Assembly: GCF_009914755.1 (NCBI RefSeq)
Contig: NC_060932.1
DNA length: 64,000 bases
Reading direction: 5' to 3' (one strand)
Source: the human T2T-CHM13v2.0 reference genome, Homo sapiens
Below, one piece after another: positions 28,061 to 40,591 of the stretch. How positions within the stretch are numbered: the stretch's first letter is position 1; the number at the start of each line of letters is the position of its first letter. The position numbers and the translations under genes are program-made. A model generated the notes under the pieces. That model had not been told where the DNA came from. It searched no databases and saw nothing but the letters and a program-made list of their open reading frames with translations.

Positions 28061-28317
28061 AAATATACACATTCTATATGAAGCTTTGATGCCTTAGACT
28101 TCGATGAGACCATCTAGAAATTTTAACTACTTCTTTGAAAACTAACTGTCCAGTTCTTCTACTGCTTCCCCACAGACCCTCCAAAGCTCAAACCAAAGAA
28201 AGGGTAAAGAACAGGTTATTGGAAACAAGAGGTGGCAGACTGAGATCTCCAGGGTGTTTATGTGGTTGGGAGAATAAAGGGTGCAAGGGAAGATTCAGTT
28301 AATCCACAAGGTTGTAT

Positions 28318-28647
<330 letters not shown>

Positions 28648-28849
28648 TCAGGCACTAGGAGGTCCCTGGATATCAGACAGCTAAAGTGAGCAGGAACATG
28701 GTCTGCTGGGTGGGCCTGTCCAGGATGGGGTAGCAGGCAGTGCCACATGCTGGCGGGTGGAAAAATGAGGGGGACTTGGCAAGGCCTATCAAAAGTGTTA
28801 CAATTTTACTTACTTTTTATTTCTAGAAATTTATTTTAAGAAAATAATC

Positions 28850-29295
28850 ATAGATAAGTACAAAGATTCATCCACAAAGATGTCGTCTTAGCATTTTTAG
28901 AACAGCAAAAAATGGAACTAACACGATGCCCAGCATGGGGATTGAGTACACAAATCACAATTGATTTATTATAAATAGCCATATAATAGATATATAGTGG
29001 ATATAAAAATGTTTCAGAAGTCCTAGTATTATAAGAAAATATGTATTGCAAATCAGTGCATTCACAATCATGTAATGATACCCTACAAGTAAGTAAGTCA
29101 CACTCATGCATGCACAGATGCACACACTGGGTAGGGGGAAGCTAGATGGATATAGACTGAAATGATATCAAAAGTTTTATCTGAGTGTTGGGATTTTCAG
29201 TTATTTTGTTATGTAAAATTTGTATTTCTTCCTGATAAATACCAAAATTTCTACATTTCTACTACAAATAGTTACTTCTTTTAAAATTCAGGAAA
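28850..29295 (+). mobile_element. Old L1ME-like 3' fragment
   Basis: acaaagatgtcgtcttagcattttt...agcaaaaaatggaactaacacgatgccca...ttatctgagtgttgggatt. Confidence 0.55.
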
Positions 29296-29692
29296 TATAT
29301 ATTAACACACATCCTATCTTGAACCAGTCTGGTTCAAATTGGAAATCATTCAGAAATAATTTATTTCTGAAATCAAATTAGAAATCTTCACCTCTTTCCC
29401 ATATTCCTTCTCTAATTCCCTGTCCCCTTGTCCTCTTTCCTTGACTTCACTCTGTGGGATGTCCGGTCACTCCCCTTCTTCTCTATTTGCAGGGGCCACC
29501 GATATGGTCCTGGAGGGCCGCCCCTCCTCACTGCAGCCTGCCTGCTCCCCTTCTGCCTCTGTGTCCAGCTGGAGCCCAATGCCTGCTGTTCACTTCTCTA
29601 ACTTCTGCCTCCTCAGCTGTTCTAGGTAATCCACTTGGGTGTTGGGGGAACCTACAGAAAATAAGTGATAGAGTCTTTAACCTCATTATTTA

Positions 29693-29752
29693 TGTTTTTT
29701 AAAATTTATTTTTATTATTATACTTTCAGTTCTGGGGTACACATGCAGAATG
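29693..29752 (-). mobile_element. Ultra-short 5'-truncated L1PA insertion
   Basis: T-rich tail plus tattatactttcagttctggggtacacatgcagaatg (L1PA 3' terminus); TSD attattta (29685-29692, 29753-29760). Confidence 0.85.
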
Positions 29753-29774
29753 ATTATTTACTTTTTTTGAAAAA

Positions 29775-30095
29775 ACAAAAACACTTATTGAGGGCTGATA
29801 GCTGCTGGGCAGTTAGGGAAACCAGATTAACAAGTGATGATGGTGGGGCTGCCCAGCCATGCCTGAGGTCAGTAAGGGAGAGGCCATGCAGAGAGGACCA
29901 GAGAGGGCTGCAGGAAGGGGCAAGCCTACCAATGAGCCTGGCAGGTGGGGAGGGTTGAGATAGGTAGAGGTGAGCTGAGGGGCACAGCATGAGCAGGCCA
30001 TGCCCCGGGTGTTTGTCAGGACTGTGGTGTCTGGTCTGCTAGAGCAGAAGGTGTATGGGGAAAGATCAGAATGAAGACAGGCTCTACAGGCCTCC
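29775..30095 (-). mobile_element. Degenerate L2 fragment
   Basis: aaacacttattgagggctga...gggcacagcatgagcaggcc...gctagagcagaaggtg. Confidence 0.5.
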
Positions 30096-30149
30096 AAATG
30101 GTTGCAGCTGTGAAGAACTGCGGGGGGAGGGGGGGTTATCACCATGGTT

Positions 30150-30480
30150 CCTTTGATTACCAGCAACAGAGACCCACTCAAACCTACTTACACTCAAACC
30201 TACTCAGGTAAAGGGGATATTTACTGCAAGTCTCGTGGAATCCAGAAAGCTTTTGGCAACAAGGCCACCTTTTTCCTAATTCCACCTGACCTGGGGCCTC
30301 CCTGAGCCTCTGCTCCAGGCTCCCCTCTGCAGACCAGCCTCCTGTGCAGGCTCACCTGCTTTCCCATGGCCCCAGTCACCTTCTTATTCCGTATGACCTC
30401 CCAGCTCCCCGGCTTTCTTACTCACTGCCCCAATTCTCAGTTTCCGAGAGAAGAATCTGATTGGTCCAGTTCATCTAATG
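30150..30480 (-). mobile_element. Old MLT1-like LTR fragment
   Basis: ttaccagcaacagagacccactcaaac...aaggggatatttactg...gagagaagaatctgattggtccag. Confidence 0.5.
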
Positions 30481-30519
30481 TTTCTAGGAAGGGGAGTGAT
30501 TTGCTTAGGGTTTTTCTTC

Positions 30520-30660
30520 TTTGTTGATCATGAACTTCCCATGGAAAGAGACTGTGACTCTTTTGTTCACCATTGTATACCCCATACTTGTTACAGAGCA
30601 TGGCAAATTGTCAGTCCTCAAAAGATACTTGCTGCACAATGGATAGCTCGTTTTTGGATG
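30520..30660 (+). mobile_element. L2 3' end
   Basis: ttgttcaccattgtataccccatac...acagagcatggcaaattgtcagtcctcaaaagatacttg. Confidence 0.6.
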
Positions 30661-33529
30661 GATTGCGTTCATCGAGCCAGCTGCCAGCATAGGTAAGGGC
30701 GGACCTAGAAGGGCAAGGGAGGCCATGGGCACAGGGAGTTTCCTCTGCAGGCCCAGTGGTCCACATCTATGCGGATAGGGACCGTGGTCCACATCTCTAG
30801 TGGGTCTCTAGTACCTATAAGACCATTAGAAACTCATTGAGGTGCATAGAAAATGGTTGCCATAAAGCTCAGATCTAAATTTTCAGCTTAATTTTAGCAA
30901 CTAGCTTTAGCTAGTTTCCGATACAAGCACTCTAGGCCACTCCTTGACTGGCCTTCCCTTACATCTGCAATTTGATGAAATTTTCAGTTAATGATTATTT
31001 TAATGGCCCATTGTCTCTGTGTCTTTGTGAACTTCCTTATATCTTCAAAAACTTATAAATCATAAAAACAAAATTAAAAAGTTATGATTCATGAATTGGG
31101 TGAACACAGGTGGCTCAGGGTCATGAAGCCCTGCCTGGATTGACGGCCCATGAGAGTGATTTCCCTCCAGGCTCAAGAAAGAGTAGGGAGCCTCTTACCT
31201 CTCTGGGGCCTGGAGGAGAACAAGATGTTGGCTTCCTCAGCATGGAGAGGGCACTGGCCCACTCTGCAGGTCAAATCTGATGAAAACAGAGTAAACACAG
31301 GGCCTCTGATCAGACTGGTGATGGAGTAGGAGCAGGGACTCTTGGGTTTTAATACCTCTGTCTCCTGATCTTTAGAATATTCTAAAACATTCAGCTTTAC
31401 TTCCAACCCTTCACAGGTGGATCACTACAGGACTAGCCAGGCTTACATGAATAACGCATTGGGGTGAATTGTGTGGTTGGAGCCAGAATATTCTGGATTC
31501 GACCTTCATCTGTGCAGGTAGCTGCTGTGTCCCACAACCCACACTCCTCAACTCTGGAGCATCCCTCTCCTTCCCTTTATGTCTGCCTGCATCTGGTCCC
31601 CAATCCCCACCTCCAGGCAGTTCTGTTGGTCCTGCATCCCTCTAGGACTGCATCATAGGGTCCCACTTAGAGGTTCCTTGGTATTTGGTGACACAAGAAT
31701 ATTGCACTGTCCCTGCAGCCTTTGGAGTCCAGGCTTGGAGAGGTGGGCGGCCCAAAGCCCTCCCATTCTCCCCTCCCCATGTCCCCCTGCCAACAGCACA
31801 GCCTGTAGATAGCTATGCTGGGCTCCCCCGTACCCACCTCTGTCCTGTTGTCTTAGCAACTAGACCAAGGAAGTTGATTTTCTTGGTATCCAAGGTTACC
31901 CCGTGTTCAGACAAATGCTGCACACTGCATGTGCATATGGATCTACAGTTGGTTCAGCGAGAGGAGGCTCACATTGTATATGAGTTATACAGGTGTGTGT
32001 AGGTGACATGCTGAATCTGGGTCTGATTTTGAGATACCCTTTCATTTGAATAACCAGAACTCAGGGTTATAACTAGGAACATTGGGTCCTCTTTGCAATG
32101 TTTAACATGATCTCTCCCAAATCAACAGAAAGAGCTCTGCTTCTATAGGGGAAGTGGGCTCTTAAAGGAGAGGATGTGAAAGAGGGGAGGGTGGGAAGGG
32201 AGGGTGAATGTTATTTATTTTTTGTTTAGGTAAGTGGATTTATGAAAGAAAAGAACAGGGCATCTTAATACTTTAGAGTTGATAGCTCTGGGTGCTATTT
32301 CCGGGAGTCTCACAGACCTCTTCCAAGACTGTCAGGGTCGAGCTTCTAGTTCAAGGGACACACATGGCCCACTCTGTATAGTCAGATCTGATTAGAGACA
32401 GCAGGCCTTCATGCTGGGAGTTCCTTGGTGTCTCCAACCTGCTCTATCTTGCAGTCTGTAGCTGCCTGGGGCCAAGACTCTTCTCTGGCGGTCACCTGTG
32501 AGCCCAGCTCAGCAACACAGGTTCCTCAGGCCCATGGGCCCAGTCCAGTGCTGCTTATTCCCACCTTGACTCATTAACATCCTTTTGTGTTTTCTAAAGC
32601 AGTTTCATAGATATCTCATGTGACCCTGCAAAAATCCAACAAGGAGGAAGGTATTATCAGGCCCATTTTGCAAAGTGAGCAAACAGGGACTTTGGGCAGC
32701 CCACTTTTTAGCCTGGAGCATTGGCTGAGCCTAGTGACACATGCTCTGAGGCCTGGGGTCCCCCTCTTCTCATTGCCTAACCCCACAACCTGGGAATGTG
32801 GTCATGTTGAAGGTCATTTACCATCTCTTGGGAAGAAGAGTTTGCATACCCTCCTTTACTTGGTCGTCTCTCAGAGAAATTGGAATAAATTAAAACAATT
32901 CCATCGACTCTAGTAGTATAGTTTTCAATAAAAAATTCATGGCTACAGCATAACCTGGTACAAAATGTAACTGGGTTGAATTGCATTTCAGCAACAGCTA
33001 CTGGATTTGCTGAGATTCGACTCTGTTACACACACAACAAACCACAGTAAAAATGGGTCATAAACACAGCTTGCATTACAGAGGCAACCAGATTTTGGGC
33101 ACGGCACCAGGATCTTTCTTTTCCTCCCCACTTTATCTTTGGCCAGGCTTCACGTAGCACAACCAGACCTTTGTTCTGCCGCCCACCCTGTAAAGTCAGT
33201 AGGGCTTCTTATTCTTGTGTTCTTCCTCCATCTATACAAAAGGGGCTCCCCTCCTACCCTCTAAATCAAGATCCATGCTTGAACTTGAAGGATGAAAGAG
33301 AAAATAGAATTGAGTTGCCTTTTGGGGGTTAATTAAAATTAATCCTGGATGGAATTAATGGCTTGAATGTCACAGTATTCCCCTCTCACTTTCCTTCCCC
33401 AGTGCTCTCCTTCCCCACGCCCTACTCATATTGCTGTGACACCTGGTTTCCTGATGTGCTGTTGTAGCACTAGCTTCTCAATAGCCTTTGCTCAGTGCAT
33501 CCATTCTTTCCAGTCTGTACTTCCCAACT

Positions 33530-35300
33530 CAGTTGGTCATTTGTTCATCAGTTTAACACATTTATTGATCTTTTGCCATGGGCCAGGCATCGTGCTTGGG
33601 ATGCAAAGATCCTCTCATGCAATCAATCAGTCAATTAATTATCAATATTTTTTGAGCAACTATTATGTGTTCTAGGCCTCAGTTTATAGCAGAGAACAAA
33701 ACAGCCTTTAGAGTGCTTATAATCCACAGGGAGAGTGGTGGAAACAAATGAATAAATTATATACCTAAATTATATACTATTAATATGTTAGTTAAGTGCC
33801 TTGAAGAAAATAAACCAGGGAAGAGAGATGGGGAGTGTTAGGTGGGGCATGGCAATTTTAAATTTTGCAGTAACGGGTGGCCTCACTGTAATGATGGCAT
33901 TGAGTAAAATGCCCTGAGTGAGGGGAGGGAGTGGACATGGATATCTGAGTGTGATAATTAATGTTATATGTCAACTTGACTGGGCTAGGGGAAACCCCAA
34001 TAGCTGAGGAAGCATGACTTCTGGGTGCATCTGCAAGGGTTTTTCTGGAAAGGATGATCATTAGAATCAGCAGACTGAGTGAAGAAGCTCCACCCTCATC
34101 AATGTGGGCAGGCACCATCCATGCCATTGAGGCCCCCAATAGAACAGAAAGGCAGAGGAAGGGCAAATTAGCTCTCTGCTTGAGCTGGGAAACCCATCTT
34201 TTCCCATCTTCAGACAGCAGAGCTCCTGGCTCTTGGGAGATCAGATTCTGGGACTTACACAAGTGGCTACTCTGTCTCAGGCCTTTGTCCTTGAACTGGA
34301 ACTTACTCCATCAGCTCCCTTGGTTGTCAGGCCCTCAGACTTGGACTGCATCACATCACCAGGTTCCCTGGTTCTCCAGACTGCAGTTGACAGGTGGCGG
34401 GATTTCTTGGCTTCTGTAATCTCATGAACCAATTCTCATAATAAATCTCTTCTTATATATCTCTATATATCTTGTTGGTTCTATTATATTTCTCTGGAGA
34501 ATCCTGACTAATACATAGGGGTAGAACCATCTGTCCAGTAAAAGGAACAGCCATGCAAAGGCCCTGAGGCTGGAGCATGCTTGGTGTGGTTTAAGACCTG
34601 CAGGGAGGCCAGTGGGTATCTTGTCTTTAAGGGGGAAAGTGGTAGGAGAGGAAATCAGAGACGTAGGGGATGGAGGCAGATGATATAGGCTTTATAGGAC
34701 ATGTAAAGGACTTTGGCATTGACTCTGAGTGGAATGTGAGCCATCCGGGGGTTTAGAGCAGAGGAAGGACATGATCTGCTGTGATGGAAATTGACTGGAT
34801 GGAGGTCAGGAAAGGGACGAGCAGGGAGGCAGTTGAAAGGGCACTGTAGCAAAGCGTGTGAGAGACAAGGTGGGTCAGGATGGTGGTAGAGCATCAGGAA
34901 CCTGGTTATGTATGTTACATAGAGGATATGTGACAGGATTTACTATAGAGCAGACATGGGACGTGAAGAAAGAAAGGAGGTATGACTCTAGGATTTTAGG
35001 CCTGCACACTGAAAAAGTAAAAATGAGACATAACACCTGCCCTCAAAGAGCTCAGAGGCTAATGATGGGGCCCTCAGGTAAAGGAAAAATTTGCTCTCAT
35101 AGAAGAGGTGCCATGGTGAAAGTTTGTGCAGGATGCCAGGGAGGAATCTGGGTAGCAGAGGAGGGGCCATGAGTTGAGTCTTGAAGGAGGAGTAAGGAAT
35201 TGCCAGGCTGGCAAGGCTGGGGAGGATGTTGCAGACTGAGAACCCAAGGAACGAAATGGGGAGTCAGTCAGCAAGCCTGGCAAGAGAGGAAGTAGCCACT
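33530..35300 (-). mobile_element. L2 fragments (interrupted by MLT2)
   Basis: caatcaatcagtcaattaattatcaatattttt gagcaactattatgtg; aaggaacagccatgcaaaggccctgaggctggagcatgcttgg; taaaggactttggcattgactctgagtggaatg. Confidence 0.8.
33950..34515 (+). mobile_element. MLT2 (MLT2B/C-like, HERV-L) solo LTR
   Basis: tgtgataattaatgttatatgtcaacttgactgggcta...caatgtgggcaggcaccatcca...aataaatctc...ctggagaatcctgactaataca. Confidence 0.92.
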
Positions 35301-35327
35301 GGTGAGTTTGAAAGCCAATGTGGCTTC

Positions 35328-36140
35328 AGTGTTGCCAGACTCACCAAATAGCCACTCCCAACCCTCTCTCCTCTGACATCTTACCATGGCTGGAAAAGCT
35401 AACTCCACATTTTCTGCATCTTCTTTGCAGAGAGGAGTGACCATGTGACACAGTTCTAGACAAAGACAGTAAACTTATATGTACCTGGGGTTTGCAGCAG
35501 AAATGTGCTTTGCTCTCTGTGTTAGTCTGTTCTCATGCTGCTAATAAATACATACCTGAGACTGGGTAATTTATAAAGAAAAAGAGATTTAATGGATTCA
35601 CAATCATGGTGGAAGGCAAAGGAGGAGCAAAGTCATGTTTTACATGGCAGCGGGTGAGACAGCGAGCATGTGCAGGGAAACTCCCCTTTATTAAACCATC
35701 AGATCTCATGAGACATATTCACTATCATGAGAACTGCATGGAAAAGACCCACTGCCATGATTCAATTACCTCCCACCAGGTCCCTCCCATGATATGTGGG
35801 AATTATGGGAGCTGTAATTCAAGATTTGGGTGGGGACACAGCCAAACCATATCACTCTCCTACTGAAGGAACCATCATTGTTGCCAGGCAGGAACTCTTC
35901 ATCTTGCTTGGAATACACACATAATGTGGAGTTGCAACCAACACCTTGCAGCCCTGAGGTGGTAACCCACAGCTAAGGAACAGGATGTGGAAAATTAGGA
36001 TGAGAAAGAGTCTTTGATGAGGGTGAGCTGCTGCTCCAGCTCTGAGTGCCTACTTGTAGACTTCTTGTTATGTGAAATAATTAAATGTCCGCTTGCTTAA
36101 GCCTCTGTTAGTTGGATGTTTTGTAAGTGCCCAAAGAAGA
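35328..36140 (+). mobile_element. MLT1J/I-like LTR interrupted by THE1
   Basis: gtgaccatgtgacacagttctagacaa; gacttcttgttatgtgaaataa...ttgcttaagcctctgttagttgg. Confidence 0.7.
35518..35854 (-). mobile_element. THE1 (C/D-like) solo LTR
   Basis: TG...CA ends; perfect TSD ctctc (35513-35517, 35855-35859); agatttgggtggggacacagccaaaccatatca. Confidence 0.95.
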
Positions 36141-37037
36141 GCCAAGAATGGCTCTGACTTGTGGGCAGTTGGGAGACACAGAAGGGTTTTGGGAATGCCA
36201 TGATCTGATTTTTACTTTAGCAAGATTTTTTGGGCAGTGGTGTGGAGACAGTTTGGAGATGGGAGGCAGGAGGCCCAGGTGGAGGCTGCTACTCCCCTCC
36301 AGCAGAGCTCAAGGTGGGCCCTGCCAGAGTGGGGCAGCAGTAGGCCCTTTCCACCACCCACTACCTTGCCTGCTCCTCAGGCCTCCAGCTCTGACCTTCT
36401 CCTTCCCACAGCTCCTCCTTTGGTGCTGGGCTTTCCATCAGCCTCCCTCAGGGGCCTCCAAGGGCAGCTGATGTAGCAGGCAGCCTTGCTTGCCTTTCCT
36501 TTGGCCTCTGAGACTCATGACTTCCCGGAATTCTGGCCATATCCATCCACATCAGCAACTGGAGGACTATGTGGGTTGGTAGGCCCTTCTCAGGGGCTAA
36601 AGGGCCTGATTTTAGACCAGGCCCTGCCTTTATTATGCTGAGGAGCCTTGGACAAATTGCTTTAACTTCTGCAGGCCCTGATTCCTTTCCTCTGAAGTCA
36701 GGAGTGTAGAAACAGGTCTCTTTCTGCTCTAACATTCTGCAATCCTGGGACCCCTGCCCTACCCAGGAATCAGAGGCACCACTGTTAACACAGTGGGCTG
36801 GTGGTATCTCCTGGAAGCAAACTGCTCCCAGACGGTTTCCTCCACTTGATGCCATGGTGCCTGAAAACCCACCATTGGTTAGTTCATTTTTTTGAGTCCT
36901 GAAGACCTTCAGATTTCCTATACTTTCCTACTGTGCATATACCTCTGGAGAGGACGCACTTTAATCTCTTTCTACTTCTTGGTAGAGAGAAAGAAAAGGG
37001 AGTGACTTAACAAGAATTTATAACAATTGCCTGTTGT

Positions 37038-37354
37038 GCCGACTAAGAATCCCTAAGTCTAGCTGGGAAGGTGACTGCATCCACTTTTAAACACGGGGCT
37101 TGCAACTTAGCTCACACCCCACCAACCAGGTAGTAAAGAGAACTCCCTAATATGCTAATTAGGCAAAAACAGGAGGTAAAGAAATAGCCAATCATCTATC
37201 ACCTGAGAGCATAGTGGGAGGGACAGTGATTGGGATATAAACCCAGGCATTCGAGCTGGCAATGGCTACCCTCTTTGGGTTCCCTCCCTTTGTATGGGAG
37301 CTCTGTTTTCACTCTATTAAATCTTGCAACTGCAAAAAAAAAAAAAAAAAAAAA
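37038..37354 (+). pseudogene. HERV-W (LTR17) U3-R processed pseudogene, 5'-truncated, poly(A)-tailed
   Basis: gccgactaagaatccctaag...ggggcttgcaacttagctcacacc...atgctaattaggcaaaaacaggagg...gatataaacccaggcattcgag...ctattaaatcttgcaactgc followed by A21; no U5. Confidence 0.92.
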
Positions 37355-37488
37355 TTATGCCTACTGTGGGAAGAACATAGAGGCAAGATGTGGAGGGGGC
37401 ATTAACTGGAAAAGTCCAGAACTAGACCACCTCATTTAGAAAACCACTGTCACTGAGTCATCCTCACATTTGGCCTTCTTTCCATTAG

Positions 37489-37834
<346 letters not shown>

Positions 37835-38317
37835 CATCTTCACTGGTTCTTAACCTATCTTCTTATCATGACCTCCCTCCCTACTGCCCTCTCCCCACCT
37901 TAGATAAACGTTCAGGTGACAATGCTCTCATTTCTTTTCAAGGCCTTGGAAGCCTTGGCCAAACATTTATATTTGTTAAGAGGGAGGTTACATGAGATGC
38001 TGGAGAATTTTTCTCTAAAGAATTCCATCCCCTAATGCACATACTCCCTAGGCCTCCCGGATGCATCAGTTGTGTCATGTGACAGCATGGACTGGGGTAG
38101 ACCATGGAAGAGCCAGCTGAGGTTTCAGTTCCCAGTGGAGCCTCTGAATGCAAGAGAAGAACAGCTAAGAATATGGAGGACCCTGAGTGCCCGAAGCTGG
38201 GGGAGTCTTCAGCTTGGGTGCCTCTTCCACACCTGCCCTAAGTACTGTCTTTATTTATGGGGAGGCAGGAAAAGGGGCAAGAAGAAATTCTCATCATTGC
38301 CCTTGCCCACTGTAGAG

Positions 38318-38855
38318 GCTTCTGTGTTGCATAACACAAATGACCACAAACTTAGCAGCTTTAAACGACACCCATTCATCATCTTGGAATTTCTGTAGAC
38401 CAGAAGTCCTGGCATGGCACAGCTAGGTTTTCTGCTTAGAGCTGAGATCAAGGGGTCAGCTGGGGCTGTGGTCTCATCTGGGGCTCTAGGTCCTCTTCCC
38501 AGCTCGCTCAGGTTATTGGCAGAGTTTACTTCTTCCAGTTTTCCTGCTGGCTGTCAGCGGAGTGGCTGTCAGCTCCTAGAGGCCTCCCTCCAGTCTGAGC
38601 CTGTGGCCCTCGTAGGCAGTTCACAGCATGACAGTGTGCTCCCTTCTTTGAGGCCATCAGGACAAATCCCTCTCTCCAGTGGGCTAAGATGGAGTCATGT
38701 ATAACATAAAGTAATCCCAGGAGTGACTCTCTCGGCATATTCCCAAGTCCCATTCACATCAGGGGAGGGGATGACACGGGGCATGTCCACAGGGAGGGGG
38801 TGGGCGGGGGAGTCGGGGGAGATGGGAATGTTGGAGCCATCCTTGATCCTGACCA
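38318..38855 (-). mobile_element. MLT1E-like solo LTR
   Basis: accacaaacttagcagctttaaacgacacccatt...gctgagatcaaggggtcagctggggctgtggtctcatctggggctct. Confidence 0.8.
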
Positions 38856-39074
38856 CCCTCCCAATGTCCCCTGTTCCCCTTCTCTCCCATCTGCTCTCCA
38901 CACCCTTTGGGATTTAGTCTCTAGGTACATCTTACCTCTAGGAAAATGTAAGTCATATTCTAGAATGGGAATTTTATTGTCAAAAGGGAATTTGAACTGA
39001 ATCAAAAGAATTTGAACAGAACTGAGCCTCCCTCTTTGGCTAATCTGAAGTGCACCTGATTTGTTTACCGAAAT

Positions 39075-39260
39075 AGAGGACTCACTATGTTGTAACCAGT
39101 GCTACTAAATGCTTTATGTACATGATTTTATTTAATTTCCTGGACATCTCTATGAGAGGAGCATTGGCGGCCCCATTTTACAAATGAGGAATCTGAGATT
39201 CAAAATGGACTCACTTAGGCTCACAAAGGTAACTACAGAGGAGGCAGGTTTGTCCAAAGG
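39075..39260 (-). mobile_element. MIR
   Basis: actcactatg...tgctactaaatgctttatgtacatg...ccccattttacaaatgaggaatctgag. Confidence 0.8.
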
Positions 39261-39914
39261 CGCTGCTCTTCACTGGTGCCCATCTTACCTCTGGCTATGA
39301 CATCATCTTGGGGTGGGCAGGGTGTGGAATGAGGAACAACACAGCCACCTCTCAGAACGACATTCCTCCATTGCATTAAATAGGAAACCACTGTCTTCTG
39401 AAACTATCTGTGTCTGGTGCACCAGCCAGCCCCTTTGGCTCTCTCTTCACAGCGAATGATGCCTGATATTTTCAAATCAGCTTTCAGTCATCTTCATTAG
39501 AAACACAACTTTGAATCAAAGAATAATTTTAAACCTCAGAAGTAAGAAAGAAAAGACTGTGCGTGGGTTAAACCTGAGGTGGAGCTTCTAGCATTTAGGA
39601 CTTGCAAAAATTTTGGATAGGAATCAGTGGAGCATGAAACAGCAACACTGATGGGCTCTAAGCAAAGCACGCACCTTCCCTGGGTGATCTCCCAGGACTT
39701 TGCATGGGCCAGTGGCGGCCTGGCCTAGGTTCTTCAGAATCGAGCTCTTGATCTGCTGCTGCCAGGATTGTGTCCAAGGCTTACAAAGGAGGCAAGAAGT
39801 TGCTGGCATAAAATGGCCACACTGCTTTGTTTTAGAATCTTTGTCAACTTGTGTGGACTGAGAAAACACCCTAAAAGCCTGTTGGACATGTCAAGGGAAG
39901 TCACTTAACACCAT

Positions 39915-40125
39915 GGTAAAAACATAGGCTTTAGCCCAAGTCTTGTGTTTAAACACCTGCTTTGCCATTTGATAGGTGTTTGACTCAGGACATTTTTTAA
40001 TCCTCTCCAAGTCTCAGTTTCCTTATCTGTAAGTTGGGGGTATGAACACCTACCTCTGGGAGGATTCAAATGAGACATTAAATCCCTTAGTAGATAGTAA
40101 AGCCCCTGCCCACAGGACGCATGTG
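39915..40125 (+). mobile_element. MIR
   Basis: tttaatcctctccaagtctcagtttccttatctgtaagttgggg...acctacctc...gaggattcaaatgaga. Confidence 0.8.
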
Positions 40126-40573
40126 ACAGAGACACTGCTGTCGTGTTGCATTTGCAGCTGTGCTCTCCTGCTCGACACTGTCTGCCACATTCCAGCAGAG
40201 GTGCCTCCATCAGCCAGGCAAGAAATGCCACATCTTCTAAGAAGTCTTCTTTTAGGAGAGGCTCCTAACCGTGCCTGGGATGCCAGAGAAGCTTCTAGGG
40301 TGAGAGGATGTTTCAGAGCGACACTGATGGAGGCACAGGAGTTGGCAAAAGAGGAGAAAGTGGGAAGGTGCTCCGGAAAGGGGGAGTGAGAAAGGGGGCG
40401 TTGCCAGGGCTCTGCAGTTTGTTTTTGCTGGAAATGAAGCCTCTTATGTTTTCCCTGCCCTGATGTCTAGAGGAACGCATGTAGGAGTTTAAAACATGTG
40501 AAGTGTCGCCATCTGTATCGCTTAGAGATGTAAGTGTTTTGAAAAGTTTGTATGTAAATGTGAGTGAGACAGA

Positions 40574-40591
40574 CACACACACACACACACA
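40574..40591. repeat. (AC)n microsatellite
   Basis: About 9 AC units. Confidence 0.9.

Noticed and set aside
28224-28240. CTCF-like motif acaagaggtggcag (similar on the minus strand at about 17203-17216)
   Set aside because: Mismatches in the 5' half of the core; cannot be told from chance without PWM scoring or ChIP data.
37230-37439. ORF in LTR17 as a syncytin/env-related product
   Set aside because: No env sequence is present; the frame reads through the R region and poly(A) (poly-K).
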